DNA of 64,000 nucleotides from Octopus vulgaris (Eukaryota), in assembly GCA_951406725.2 (NCBI GenBank), contig OX597816.1, forward strand, positions 60,388,001 through 60,452,000, in the 5' to 3' direction. A model generated the notes under the pieces. It was not told the DNA's origin. It saw nothing but the letters and a program-made list of their open reading frames with translations, and searched no databases. The position numbers and the translations under genes are program-made. Shown in pieces: positions 52,825-64,000 of the stretch (position 1 is its first letter; every line of letters starts with the position of its first letter).

Positions 52825-53133
52825 CATACTCTGCTGTCTGAAACATAAGTCATACTCTGCACTCTTAAACATAAGTCATACTCTGCTGTCTTAAACATAA
52901 GTCATACTCTGCTGTCTCAAACATAAGTCATACTCTGCTGTCTTAAACATAAGTCATACTCTGCTGTCTTAAACATAAGTCATACTCTGCTGTCTCAAAC
53001 ATAAGTCATACTCTGCTGTCTCAAACATAAGTCATACTCTGCTGTCTTAAACATAAGTCATACTCTGCTGTCTTAAACATAAGTCATACTCTGCTGTCTT
53101 AAACATACGTCATACTCTGCTGTCTCAAACATA
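52825..53133. repeat. 26-bp minisatellite, about 12 copies
   Basis: Unit CATACTCTGCTGTCT(T/C)AAACATAAGT, contiguous with no spacers. Confidence 0.95.
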
Positions 53134-53619
53134 AACCAACGAAAGAGATCTCTACAAGGTAGCGAAACCGGCTAGAAGTAGCTGCCAAATCTCAACAAGA
53201 ATGACTTGTTTGATAAGGTAGTCGTGGATTTCCTGCAAATAGGAAAACCACAGGATGGTCTTTCTTCATGGATTTGCTGCTTTGTTAGTGATGACCTAGG
53301 GTCATAAAACAACAAGAAGAATACCAACAAAAAAAATCATACATCACTTACACTCTAGTGGTCGCTCGATGAGCTACAAACAGTAGTCAAATTTCCACCA
53401 AATCACATCCTTCTTCCCTAAAGATACACCCCTTGGATAATGTGGTTCTGACTTCATTCTACACGAGAAAAGAGATTGCTGGTCAAGCTGGATTGTCTTT
53501 GATCATTGGTCAACTCGATCAGGTTTGCTCAGTAACAACAAATGGATTTCATCCTCTTCGCATTATTAAAACAACGCTGTTAGGCAACGAGCCGACAGAA
53601 TCATTAGAACAACAAAATA

Positions 53620-55353
53620 CAGGGAAAAAACGGGTAGGGTAGGGGTAAGCAGCAGAAGATGGAGAAGGAAGAAACAACAGGCCGCATACCCCCAGAACAA
53701 AGAGTGTGCTCAGCCACGCCCCGAGGTCATGACCGTGATGGCGTTGCTGCGGAGAATGGCGAAGGACACTTGCCGCAGCAGCCACTCAATTTCGCGGGAT
53801 TCATTTCTCAGACGAGCTGCAGTTATGTCGATTTGGGTAAGACAGGAAAAAATGGAAGAAATCAGCTCGTCAGATATTAGCTACACTGAGGTGTCCGATT
53901 CTGAGCAGTCGGACATTCCGTGGGCGAACAGAAATGAAAGAAGCTACGTAAGAGTGTCTAAGGTGTCAGACTGTAGGGTAAATTTGAGAGAATGGAAGAA
54001 GTACTCCAAAATAATGAAAAAGGACAGAACAAAGGTAGAAGTAACCGCGTCAATGGAGATAATTGATAAAATAGCGAGATGTACGGTAGTGTATAAAACA
54101 CACTCAGTGGCAGAAGGAAGAATCAAAGTGGAGAAGGTATAAAGGCACGTATGGAAGGATATAAAGTATTTAACAAGAGGCAATAAATACGGTACAATTA
54201 AAGTCCAATTTAATGATGTAGGCAGTGCAAGTTTAAACTCGTCAATAATATTGAAGAACGAGGACGTAGCGTTGTTGCCAATATGTGGTGGTAAGAGTGC
54301 TATAAAGGTCAACGTAGTGGGAATTTTCCCCCCACCCCACCCGGGCGTCGACGCAGCCTGGACAATAGCTGCAATCTTGCTTGGTAACGAGGAATAGATG
54401 GAGGTTCTCCAGGTCACCAAAACGGAAACAAGGAACTGGAAAGGACAATCCCTAAATATGGTGACATGGGGAACGAACGATATAATAGAAGAGCTACCGA
54501 AGACAATAGTGTTTGGAGACACAACAATGGTAGTCAGGGTAGAGGGCAGGATACCCAGGTGCTACAAGTGTGGCCAGAAAGGTCACATTAGAGCAAACTG
54601 CCCTCTACAAGGAAAAAAAGGAAGAACCAGTAAAAGAAAAGGAGGAAACAATGCCACCACCAGCAGAAACAGAAGAAGCAAGTGGAACAGAAGATGAATG
54701 GGTGACACCAGGGAAGAAAAGGAAGAGAAAAAGGAGAAACCCAGGTAAATAAATACTGAAACCTACCCCACCCAACTCCCTGAACCTACCCGCCCCCTCC
54801 AACACTGAACCTACCCGCTCCCCTCCAGCACGAAAACAAACACAATCGGACACAAGTAATTCAACCTCCCCTACCCTGGAAAAAGGAAGAAAGGAACCTA
54901 CGTAATAATGTACAATAACACAAATAAAAAATTGTGTGAAGAGATAAAAAAGTTGGAAAAACATTAGAGCGGTGGACACTCGCAGGTTCGACTACGTGCA
55001 AGGGTGGCATTGCTGCCTGTTGTTGGACGAGAACCAAAGGGAGAAAACTTTTTAATTTAAAAAAAGGATATAAAATATGGCAAGTCGATCTAGACATTCA
55101 AAATCTGCCAGAGAATATGGAGTACATGTTCTTACTGAAGGAGTATGGAGTAGACATTTTGGAAGGCTCCGGGTTCGAAAAGAAAAAAGAACAGAGGTAA
55201 AAGGAAGTCACTCAGAGGCGGGGCTGAGAAAACTTCATTCCATTTCTCATTTTCATTTTATCATTCATTATACGCTTTTTCTTTTATTTGTTGTGTCCCC
55301 ACATGTCTTTGTGTTGTCCCCTCTGCGTTGGCCCCTTGTGGGCGATAAAGAAA
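53620..55353 (+). mobile_element. Non-LTR (Tx1/L1-like) ORF1-only element with a CCHC zinc knuckle, pseudogenised
   Basis: ORF pieces from ~53660 with LPKTIVFGDTTMVVRVEGRIPRCYKCGQKGHIRANCP and a basic WVTPGKKRKRKRR stretch. No endonuclease or RT follows. The T-rich 3' UTR ends GGCCCCTTGTGGGCGATAAAGAAA. Confidence 0.7.
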
Positions 55354-55463
55354 CAGGGCTGCAGTTATGCCGATTTTGCGGAGGAAATCGACAATGCGAG
55401 GTTCGAGAACACCTGAGGTCTCGACGGCGACTGGCACAAACTGATAACGGCTGATCAGGCCCC
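55354..55463 (-). pseudogene. CRE-clade (restriction-like endonuclease) retrotransposon fragment
   Basis: Minus frame GLISRYQFVPVAVETSGVLEPRIVDFLRKIG matches the CRE RLE C-terminal motif Y.F.P.AVET.G......FL..IG. Confidence 0.7.
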
Positions 55464-55640
55464 TTGTTTAGCGGCAGTTCTTCCGACTCTCTACGTTCTG
55501 AATTCAAATTTCATCGATATTAACTTCGCTTTCAACCTCCTGGGGCCGATAGAATAAAATTACAGCCAAGCACTAAGGTCAGTTTAATTGATTCTCCTTA
55601 CCCATTTTCTTGCCTTATGTCAAAATTTGAAATAATCATT
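55464..55640 (+). mobile_element. Old SINE (family G, Deu/Nin-like domain); its head lies at ~53582-53610
   Basis: TACGTTCTGAATTCAAAT...GCTTTCAACCTCCTGGGGCCGATAGAATA. Inverted remnants at ~7070-7290, 9810-9900, 42915-43050 and 61875-62000. Confidence 0.55.
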
Positions 55641-55974
55641 AACAAATACACTACATACATACATACATACATAAAAAGGCCGATCATGAGATTTTGCATC
55701 CGAACTTCCTCTCCAAGTCGCAAGCCTAAGTAAGATTTTCGTGGAAAAACAGCAGTTTCCGGTGTTTACAAATCTGTCCTCTCCCTACTACTAATAATGT
55801 CCAAGGGATAAGGCCGCCACCTTATGGGCAATACAGTTTGGTATCAGTACTGTCGCATATATTGCCATCAAAATACAAAGAGCTGGGACAGATACCGTAA
55901 TGTATTTCGCTCGATGTTCTAACAGTTCTGCCACTCCACCAGCCTAAATCGCTACTTTTCTATTGCCTTTAAAC

Positions 55975-56799
55975 CAGTGATTCTCGACCATTTTTTACCC
56001 ATGGACCCCTACGATTCCTATTTTACTTAAATGGATTCTAGTAAACATTCGATGTTTTAAAAAATCCCACAATTTCATAATTAAATATTATTAGGAATTG
56101 TATGAAATAGTTGTTAAAATATTTTGTGTGTTGTGGAAGTTTAATCAGTTGATTACATAGAAAAACTATTAGTTCTAAATCTCTGAACGAGAGGCTTGCA
56201 GCAACAGTACTTAGAGTAAAGTTTATTTGCCAACGTAAAGTGGAAGGCCTGATTAGGATGAATGTTACTACTATTTAGCCCCAGCTGGAGAGGTGTTTCC
56301 TGGGGCTAAATAGTAGTAACATTCGTCCTAATCAGGACTACCACTTTAAGTCACTCCAAGTTGGTCACTCCAAGGGGTGCAAAATGTCACTTTTCAGAAA
56401 ATTGTCTGGATTTCTTTTTATCATGATAAAAAGAAATCCAGACAATTTTTTGAAAAGTGACATTTTGCTCCCCTTGGAGTGCCCAGCTGGGTTTGCCATT
56501 TCTAAAAGCCAAGAATCATTTACTATTGAAAGACTGACCAGCTGCAAAGATATCAACAATTTTTTTCTTCCTTCTCGCCTGCTTCTTCCTTTCCTTCTCT
56601 TTTTCTTTAACACTTCTTTCAGATACAAACACACGCGCGGGCGCACTCTTTCTCTCTCATTTTCTCCCCATTCCTCACTCTAATTTATTACACATAAATT
56701 TTAATAGCAAACTCATGTGAACTCGCAAAAACCATGTGAACCCGCAAAGGCCAAGTGGACCCGCAAAGGCCATGATAGACCCTGGTTAAGAACCCAATG
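55975..56799. mobile_element. hAT MITE with internal cargo containing two palindromes
   Basis: Ends CAGTGATTCTCGAC / GTTAAGAACCCAATG. 8-bp TSD CTTTAAAC (55967-55974) / CTCTAAAC (56800-56807). Confidence 0.8.
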
Positions 56800-57140
56800 C
56801 TCTAAACGGTTGCATATGAAAATTGACTTTGGGTGGGGTTTCAGATATTTGAAACAACGACTCGAAGCATTTTGTCAGAAGTACCAGCACTTTCTATTCG
56901 CCACCCGACACAAAATAATACAGTTCTAGATGCTTATGGATCTCTCCCTCTCCTCCCCGATCTCTATCCCCTCCAGCCTGTTTGTTCTCTTTTTCTTTGT
57001 TTCTCTCTTCCCAATATATGCATTTTCTTTCTTTCTTTCTTTCGTTATTAATTTATTCTTTTTCTTTCCTTCTTCCTTTCTTTCTTTTAAAAACATCTGA
57101 TAGGAATATAATAAATATTTCCCATAATCACCACGAATGA

Positions 57141-57171
<31 letters not shown>

Positions 57172-57214
57172 CATATATATGCATGTGTGTGTGTGTGTAT
57201 GTGTGTGTGTGTGT

Positions 57215-57493
57215 GAAGGCGCGTGGTTTAGCGGTCAGGGTAATCGGCTCACGCGATTTCGATTCCCGGCGATGCGTTGTGTCCCTGAACATGACACTTT
57301 ATTTCACGTTACACCAGTTCACTCAACTGGTAAAAGTGAGTTGTACCTGTCATTCAAAGGGCTGGCTTTGTCACGTTCTGTGTCACGCTGAATCTTCCTG
57401 AGAACTACGTTAAGGGTATGCGTGTCAGTGGTATGCTCAGTCACTTGCACGTGATCGACTGGAACCCTCGTCATCGTAACCGATGGAGTGCCA
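57215..57493 (+). mobile_element. SINE family E
   Basis: Runs from head GAAGGCGCGTGGTTTAGCGG to CGTAACCGATGGAGTGCCA. Confidence 0.88.
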
Positions 57494-57512
57494 TATATAT
57501 ATATATATATAT

Positions 57513-57672
57513 CTTTTACTTGTTTAAGTCATTTGACTGCGGCCATGCGGGAGCACCACCTTTAGTCGAGCAAATCGACCCCAGAACTTATTCTTTGTTA
57601 GCCGAGTACTTATTCTATCGGTCCCTTTTGCCGAACTGCTAAGTTATGGAGACGTAAACACACCACCATCAG

Positions 57673-57728
<56 letters not shown>

Positions 57729-57897
57729 ATATATACGACGGCCTTCTTTCAGTTTCCATCTACCAAATCCACTCACAAGGCTTTGGTCGGCCCGAGGCTA
57801 TAGTAGAAGATACTTGCCCAAGGTGCCACGCAGTGGGACTGAACCCGGAACCATGTGGTTGGTAAACAAGCTACTTACCACACACCCACTCCTGCGC
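57513..57897 (-). mobile_element. SINE family A
   Basis: Consensus match to the other copies. Confidence 0.9.
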
Positions 57898-58077
57898 TAT
57901 ATTTAACTTGGTATAAGAAGAGACAAAGATTTAGATAATCATTCTATATTTATGATTTACATCAACATAAATCAATATAATAAATACATAAATACATACA
58001 TAGATATAACAGAAATTACATCAAGACATTTTATGTTATAATTTTATGTTATATCTTTGTATTAATTTATATATTTA

Positions 58078-59404
58078 ATACCTGTTAGTCCTGGCGTTGC
58101 TCGTGTTTTCCATGTTGAAGTTAAGCTCACTTCTGACCTTATATTGAAATCTTCTACATTCCCCGTGCAAACTATTACTCATTAAGATGTTATATCTTGT
58201 TCGGCAAGGATTTTATCCGGTTAACGCTTTCGACATACTCCTACATACTGGACCGTCTGAAATCGCCGTCAAACTTTTGGGTGTACCTCGACCCGTTGAG
58301 AGTGATGTTTGTTTTCTCTCCCCTTAATACCACCCTCTGTACAAAATTTATCAGCGTGTCCAATCTCAGCAAAATCCGAAGAAAAGTGTTAGGGTTATCT
58401 CATAAAATAGAATCATGTGACTTTTTACATGAAAATATCCCATTGGCTTTTAAATCCCAAGACATTATATGAATAATCGATGTTTCATATGTCGAAGTGC
58501 TCATGGGTCAATTTTCTTCAAAACCAGTTCATTATTTTATTGTGAGTGAATTTTGACGATTTCTGCCTTTCACCAGTTTAATTGTTATTCTACTACATGA
58601 CTCCGACCATAAACTTTACCTAAATGTCAAATTTCATCCAAATCGGATGAATTCTGTAAAAGTTACAGCATAAAATATTGATCCTATGGGTAATTGCATA
58701 CAAAAAGTCTCTTGATTTCTTAAAACCCCCCTGCTCAGGCACAATTATCGATTTTTTGTCAACTCTTCATGCTGGCATCAATTAATGGACATGAACTGTA
58801 ATCACGTGTAAAATTTCTACAAAATCAATAAGAGTATCTCTAAGGAAATGTTTATATACATTTGTGCCCTTTTACAGCCCCTTTACAGCCCTTTTGAATT
58901 AAATAAGTACCTTTACCATCTTCCCCATCACAAAGTTTACCTAAATCTCAAATTTCATTAAAATTGAATAAAAAATATAAAAGTTACGGCCAAAAATAAA
59001 ATCCCTGTGGATATTTGCAAGCAAAAAGCCTATTGATTTTATAAAACCTCTGCTCAGACGCAATTATCGATTTTGTCTCAATGCCATATACTGACATCAA
59101 CTCACTGCCATGAGCCTCGTTCACTCATCGATTTTCATCAAAATCGGACAAAAAAACAAATGCTGCAGGAAAAATAACATCGTTATGGGAATTTTCATTC
59201 AAACGCCCGATTGAGCTCACAAAAATTGATGCCAACTGAGCATTGTCTAGTTTTCGAAAAATTCCGGCCTTATTTGAACTTCAAGGCATGTGATCTACCT
59301 ATGTGCCAAAAGTCATTAAAATCGGTTGGACGGTGGGGTAAGGGGGTTAGAACAACCCCAAGCACCCATACAGACAGACACCATTACACATTTATGTATA
59401 TAGA
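58078..59404 (-). mobile_element. Non-autonomous Helitron-like element with an internal ~325-bp duplication
   Basis: Minus strand starts TCTATATACATAAATG...GTCTGTCTG (TC start) and ends in a degenerate GC hairpin region (CACGAGCAACGCCAGG) with a decayed CTAG. Repeated AAATTTCATCMAAATCGG motifs; ~58610-58830 is similar to ~58935-59150. Confidence 0.6.
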
Positions 59405-61396
59405 TTATGTTGATGTAAATCTCAAATATAAAATGATTATCTAAATTTTTTCTCTTATTATACCAAGCCATATAATGTCTAACGTCTCGAGTTCGACCTG
59501 AGCACTTCCAAACAATCGGGTAAAAAAGACTTTTTCGAAAGTAAAAAGCAATATTATATATATATGTAAAGTATGCATGTACGTATGTATACTTGTATAT
59601 ATGCATGTGTGTATGCATGTATGTATGTATGTATGTATGTATGTAGGTAGGTAGGTAGGTAGGTTGGTAGGTAGGTAGGTAGGTAGGTAGGTAGGTAGAT
59701 ATGTGCTGAGAAGCGTCGCTGGTAACATAATCCGTACCAACTACCATTTGCGTGTACTTGTATATATAAATGCAAATGTACATGTGAGATGGCTATAACT
59801 TCTTTGAACCGTACTGTTTTTGTAGATCTAGCCTATTTATTTTTTCTTCAAGCCATTTAACATCTTCAGTGAATCTAAAGAGTGATATTCGTGTTGCACA
59901 AGTATTTTTTATAAAATTTCAGATAACGGTTCTTTTTGCATCGCATTTTACTTCCGTGCCTGTCCAGACTCCAATTCCTTAGATTCACAAGCAAACGGAA
60001 GGTCTTTCGTTGTGGCAAGCGTGGTATCATACACATCACCGACAATGAAATATCACCAGTTCCATAATTTCCTCGTTTATGAAGTGCACACGAAACATGT
60101 ATAGCTGGGACGCATACACGATTCTTTGTAACTCTGTAGGGTTACGTTCACCGCTGAAAAAGGCCGTCGGTGTCTTGAAAGTTTGTCATACAAACCCGTG
60201 ACAGTAAGGTACTGCATCTTAAAAAGGAAATTGATGGGAGTGCAAAAGATAGCCACCATCTATGTTTGTCAGTGTGATATATTGTCAGTTATATCAAAAT
60301 TTCTCGCAGTAGTACAATGCTGTAAGGTTTGTAGGTGGAGAGATATAGCTTATTGAAGCTATCTCATCACTTGTGCGAATGTTTTTGCCGTTATTGTTTT
60401 CAGTTATATTTTTATTTATTGGACTGCGGCCGTTCACGCTAATGATGGTAACGCCGATGTTGCAGTTGACGTCGTTATCGTCGTTATTGCTGTTTAACTC
60501 TAGGTCAAGCAGACCTGTGGCCTGAATCATTATTATGTGAACAGACTATTATTAGAAACCGTACTTATCCTATCTTTTTAATAGCTTAATCAGAGGATAA
60601 AGATCAACATCCATGACCGTTTTTATAGTTTCCATGACTGGTAGGAGGACGGGAAAAAATATTATCCTCAGATCATAAAACCAATTTGAATGCTTCCAAC
60701 AGAATGGACATTCGTAAAGGCGTTCATGACCCAGTTTAACACCATTAGGTGTTAATCTGTGTAACGGATTAAGTCTACCAAGAACAAGGATCGTCTCTAC
60801 TACGAACTTCGTTGACAAGGCTTTGCTTGACCTTAGACTAGGGTATTTAAGACTGTAGCTTTAAATTGCATAGTTGGCATTTTGCAGGCTAATCGACCAC
60901 ATAGAGACTTTCGTTGGTTCGTACCTCATTATTGCTGTCGGTTGAGTAATGGGCAAAGATAACCTCTAAGATCTTTGAACTCGGAACGTATATACTTCGT
61001 TATATTTATCCATCATTTTACCGTTTCTGCTACATGAATGCTCTCACGAAAAAACGATAAGTGTTGTTATTTTGTTCCTTGATTAATTCGGATTATACAG
61101 ACCTATGATCAAAGAGTTCTAACTATGACCAGGCCATTCATCTTCAAAAGATCAATAAATATAAACTAGTCAAGTACTAGAATCAATTTAATCGGCTCCT
61201 CCCTTGGGTGGCTCTTCATATGCTAGTAATCATTACTAATACAGAGAACAGCTGTAGAGTTTCGGCGCATCAGTAAAATCACTATATCGCTTTATTGACT
61301 AACTTGAGTATTCTTTTCAGTTCTCTATGGCCTTTGTTCAAATCGCATCGAGGTCCATAAACAAAATACCAGTCCAATACTGGGATCAATCCCCCC

Positions 61397-61451
<55 letters not shown>

Positions 61452-63169
61452 CTCTCTCTCTCTCTCTCTCATTCTCTCTCTCTCTCTGTTTATGTATCTC
61501 TGAAGTGTACCAGCAATTCAAAGGTCCAGCTTTATCATATTGTATTACATTAATTCGACTTGATTATTGCATTAAGGACACCCACGACTTTGGAATGCTC
61601 AGCTGCTTGCATGTTCGTTTCACGAGCAGAAATCCAGATGTTTGAACGACTCATCGTTGAGACCGACAAAGACTCAGCAACCCATCACTGTATCTGGGGT
61701 GACCTTGTCTCTTCCTCTTCTGGGGCAGTCAGGGTGGAATTTGATGGAGATTTGGCAATCAGCCACGTACAAGTTCCTTCGTTGTTTCAGAATTAGGGAT
61801 GACATCTTGTGTCGGCAGAAGGTTATACCATAAACTATTAATGAACGGATATAAAGGAACTTAATATTCTTCAGTACATGATAGGTAATTATTTTATCGA
61901 TTCTGAGGGATGAAAAGTAAAATCGGTCCCAGTGGGATATTTTTCTCAGAACTCGGTTCTATTAGATCAGGTCTTTACCATTTCTACTACCCCGCTACCT
62001 TGACATTATTCTTAAATTTGACTTAAGACAACATAGTTTCAAGAAGGAATTTTTATTATATCTTCATAGCTTACAGAAGGAAAGGCAATGTTCGTGACTC
62101 TTTAACGGGGCCCCAGAGATTAATGGGAAAACTGGAGGAAGTTAGATTCAAACCGAGAATCTCACCTGCCTGCTTGAAACAGATGGTGGTGGGGCTTCAC
62201 TAAGGACAGTCTAGAGTAAGATGATAAACCTATCAGCCACGATCGGGAACTGTCCCTCTGACTGGTTACAGATTCCGTCTCTCAAGTTTCCCTCACAAGA
62301 CGTCGCCGGTTGATGTGAACCTACAGTAGACATTTGCCCAGTATAACATACAGTGGGATCGAACTCGAAAAGATATAGTCATAGAGTCGCGAGAAAACAT
62401 ATAACCTACACAACCATGTCTGCTCACTGCAGTCGATTGACAATATTACCGCTACATTTATCACTACCGCGTTATGATTTGGACTCAAAATGTACCATAT
62501 TTTCCTGCGTAAAAGTTGTGTGTGTGTGTGTGTGTGTGTGTTTGCGTTTGTATTTGCGCCAGATGCTGGTTTGTCTCGGACAAAAATATCGATGGAATAA
62601 CCACTAGACTTTATAAAAAATAAGTACGGTGGGCGATTTATTCGACTAAATTATTCATCTTGGTGTCCCAGCATGGGCGCAATCTAATGACTAAAACAAG
62701 TTAAAGATAAAATTTAAAAGAAGGATAGATTGACAGGCAATACATTTAAGAATATATTATTCAAATGATCTAAGATAGTAGAGACTTGATTTGAGGGAGA
62801 TTTGCTATCTTGTAGAATCACTCCGTAACACAACAGTTAAAATATTGTTGGTCTACTTGTGTTAGTTCGGCAGGGAAGTGTTTTGCCGACTGAATTGGAC
62901 ATCAATGATTGATGGAAACAATATTGGTCTTTGATCAGCTGACCTATTACGTCATTAACTGCGCTACATGATCACTTCCGCTATAGTGTGAGAAATTAAC
63001 AGCTGATAAATTTCATACCTAACGATCCAATATAACTGATTACGTCACTGGAATCTCCTCGCTTTCACAAGATTTGTTTTTTGTTTGTTATCACAATAGT
63101 AAGTCGTTGCTGCATCTGGTTATGACATCACATAGTAACCGTTAACTAGAAAACTGCATGTGTATGACT

Positions 63170-63546
63170 TATTCCCCCCTCTCTCTCACACACTCTCTCT
63201 CAATCCTTTCTCCCACTCTATCCTTCGCTCTCTTTCACCCCCTCTCTCTATTTCCCTCCTCTCAATCACATTTTCTTTCTCCCTCTCCCTCTATTTCTCC
63301 CTTCCCTTCTCTCTCTCTCTCTTTCTCCCCCTCATTCACTCCCTTTCTGCCTCAACTCTCTTACTCTCTTTTCACTTCCCTCTTTCACTCTTTTACTCCT
63401 TCCACCTCTTTCACCAGCTTTCTCCCTCTCACTCTTTCCCTTTCTTTCTACCGCTCCCTCTATTCCTTTCTTCCTACCTCTCCGTCTCCTACTTTGAGTT
63501 TCTTTCTCCCCCATTCACTCTCATTCTCATTCTCTTTCTTTCTCCC

Positions 63547-63603
<57 letters not shown>

Positions 63604-63640
63604 CCCTCTTTTACTCTCTTACTCCCTCTCCATCCTCTCG
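63170..63640. repeat. Polypyrimidine/polypurine low-complexity tract
   Basis: CT-rich, including (CT)n. Source of the S/L/F/P pseudo-ORFs. Confidence 0.9.
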
Positions 63641-63679
63641 ACTAGTAAATATAAATAACAAAAGGATATTTTATTTTTT

Positions 63680-63940
63680 ATCTTTTGCTTGTTTCAATCA
63701 CTAGACTGCGGCCATGCTGGGGCACCACTCTGAAGAAACATTCTAGACTAATGAATTGACCCCACTACTTATTTCTATGCTAAGTCTGGTACTTATTGTA
63801 TTGGTCTCTTTTGCCGAACTGCTAAGTTACGGTGATGCAAACATGCCAATACCAGTTGAAAAGTGGTGTTGGAAGACAAACACACACACAAACACACAAA
63901 ACATATACACTTACACACACACAAGCACACACACATAGAT
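63680..63940 (-). mobile_element. SINE family A, 3' half
   Basis: GACTGCGGCCATGCTGGGGCACCAC...GCCGAACTGCTAAGTTACGG. Confidence 0.8.
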
Positions 63941-64000
63941 GTTGCACACACATTAATAAATACGCTAAATTCATGCTTACATAGATACATACATATTTAT

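Noticed and set aside
52825-53133. CRISPR-like regular array
   Set aside because: The 26-bp units are contiguous with no unique spacers, there are no cas genes, and the context is eukaryotic.
53944-54522. 192-aa minus-strand ORF
   Set aside because: It is the antisense shadow of the plus-strand zinc-knuckle ORF1.
55354-55463. Apparent multi-stem structured RNA or ribozyme on the plus strand
   Set aside because: Better explained as a minus-strand CRE endonuclease coding fragment (FVPVAVETSG). No ribozyme core is recognisable.
56365-56683. Near-identical peptides on both strands (MSLF.KLSGFLFIMIKRNPDNF)
   Set aside because: A trivial consequence of the DNA palindrome.
59440-60290. Possible minus-strand Tc1 transposase remnant
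   Set aside because: Only faint motif resemblance (MIPRL, FEKVFF); no TIRs or catalytic motifs that I can support.
63158-63658. 161-166 aa Ser/Leu/Phe/Pro-rich ORFs
   Set aside because: Low-complexity CT tract.

Overview
This is AT-rich animal DNA with one 100-N scaffold gap (24653-24752). It is most likely from an octopus (coleoid cephalopod), judged only from recognition of its SINE families and its very large TA/TACA tracts. I can support only one host coding exon: a minus-strand first coding exon (40049->39552, ending at a GTAAGT donor) of a FAM155/NALF homolog (NALCN auxiliary factor; Mid1/NLF-1 family), with a candidate CpG-rich promoter near 41.3 kb. I could not find exon 2, so 1-39551 is probably a very large first intron. 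The rest is repeat-derived: several modular tRNA-derived SINE families, CR1-like and RTE LINE remnants, Naiad-type Penelope-like (GIY-YIG) remnants, three maT-like Tc1/mariner copies (one clearly DD37D) plus other mariner fragments, a hAT transposase remnant, hAT and pogo-type MITEs, a Helitron-like element, a zinc-knuckle ORF1-only element and a 26-bp minisatellite. The most notable observations are a CpG-decay (methylation-like) boundary near 17 kb, a SINE/LINE shared 3' tail, recurrent fold-back duplications, in-frame poly-Leu read-through at the FAM155 donor, and weak hammerhead/selenocysteine hints in the Penelope-like elements. No CRISPR array or prokaryotic system is supported. Almost all ORFs in the supplied track are microsatellite or repeat artefacts.
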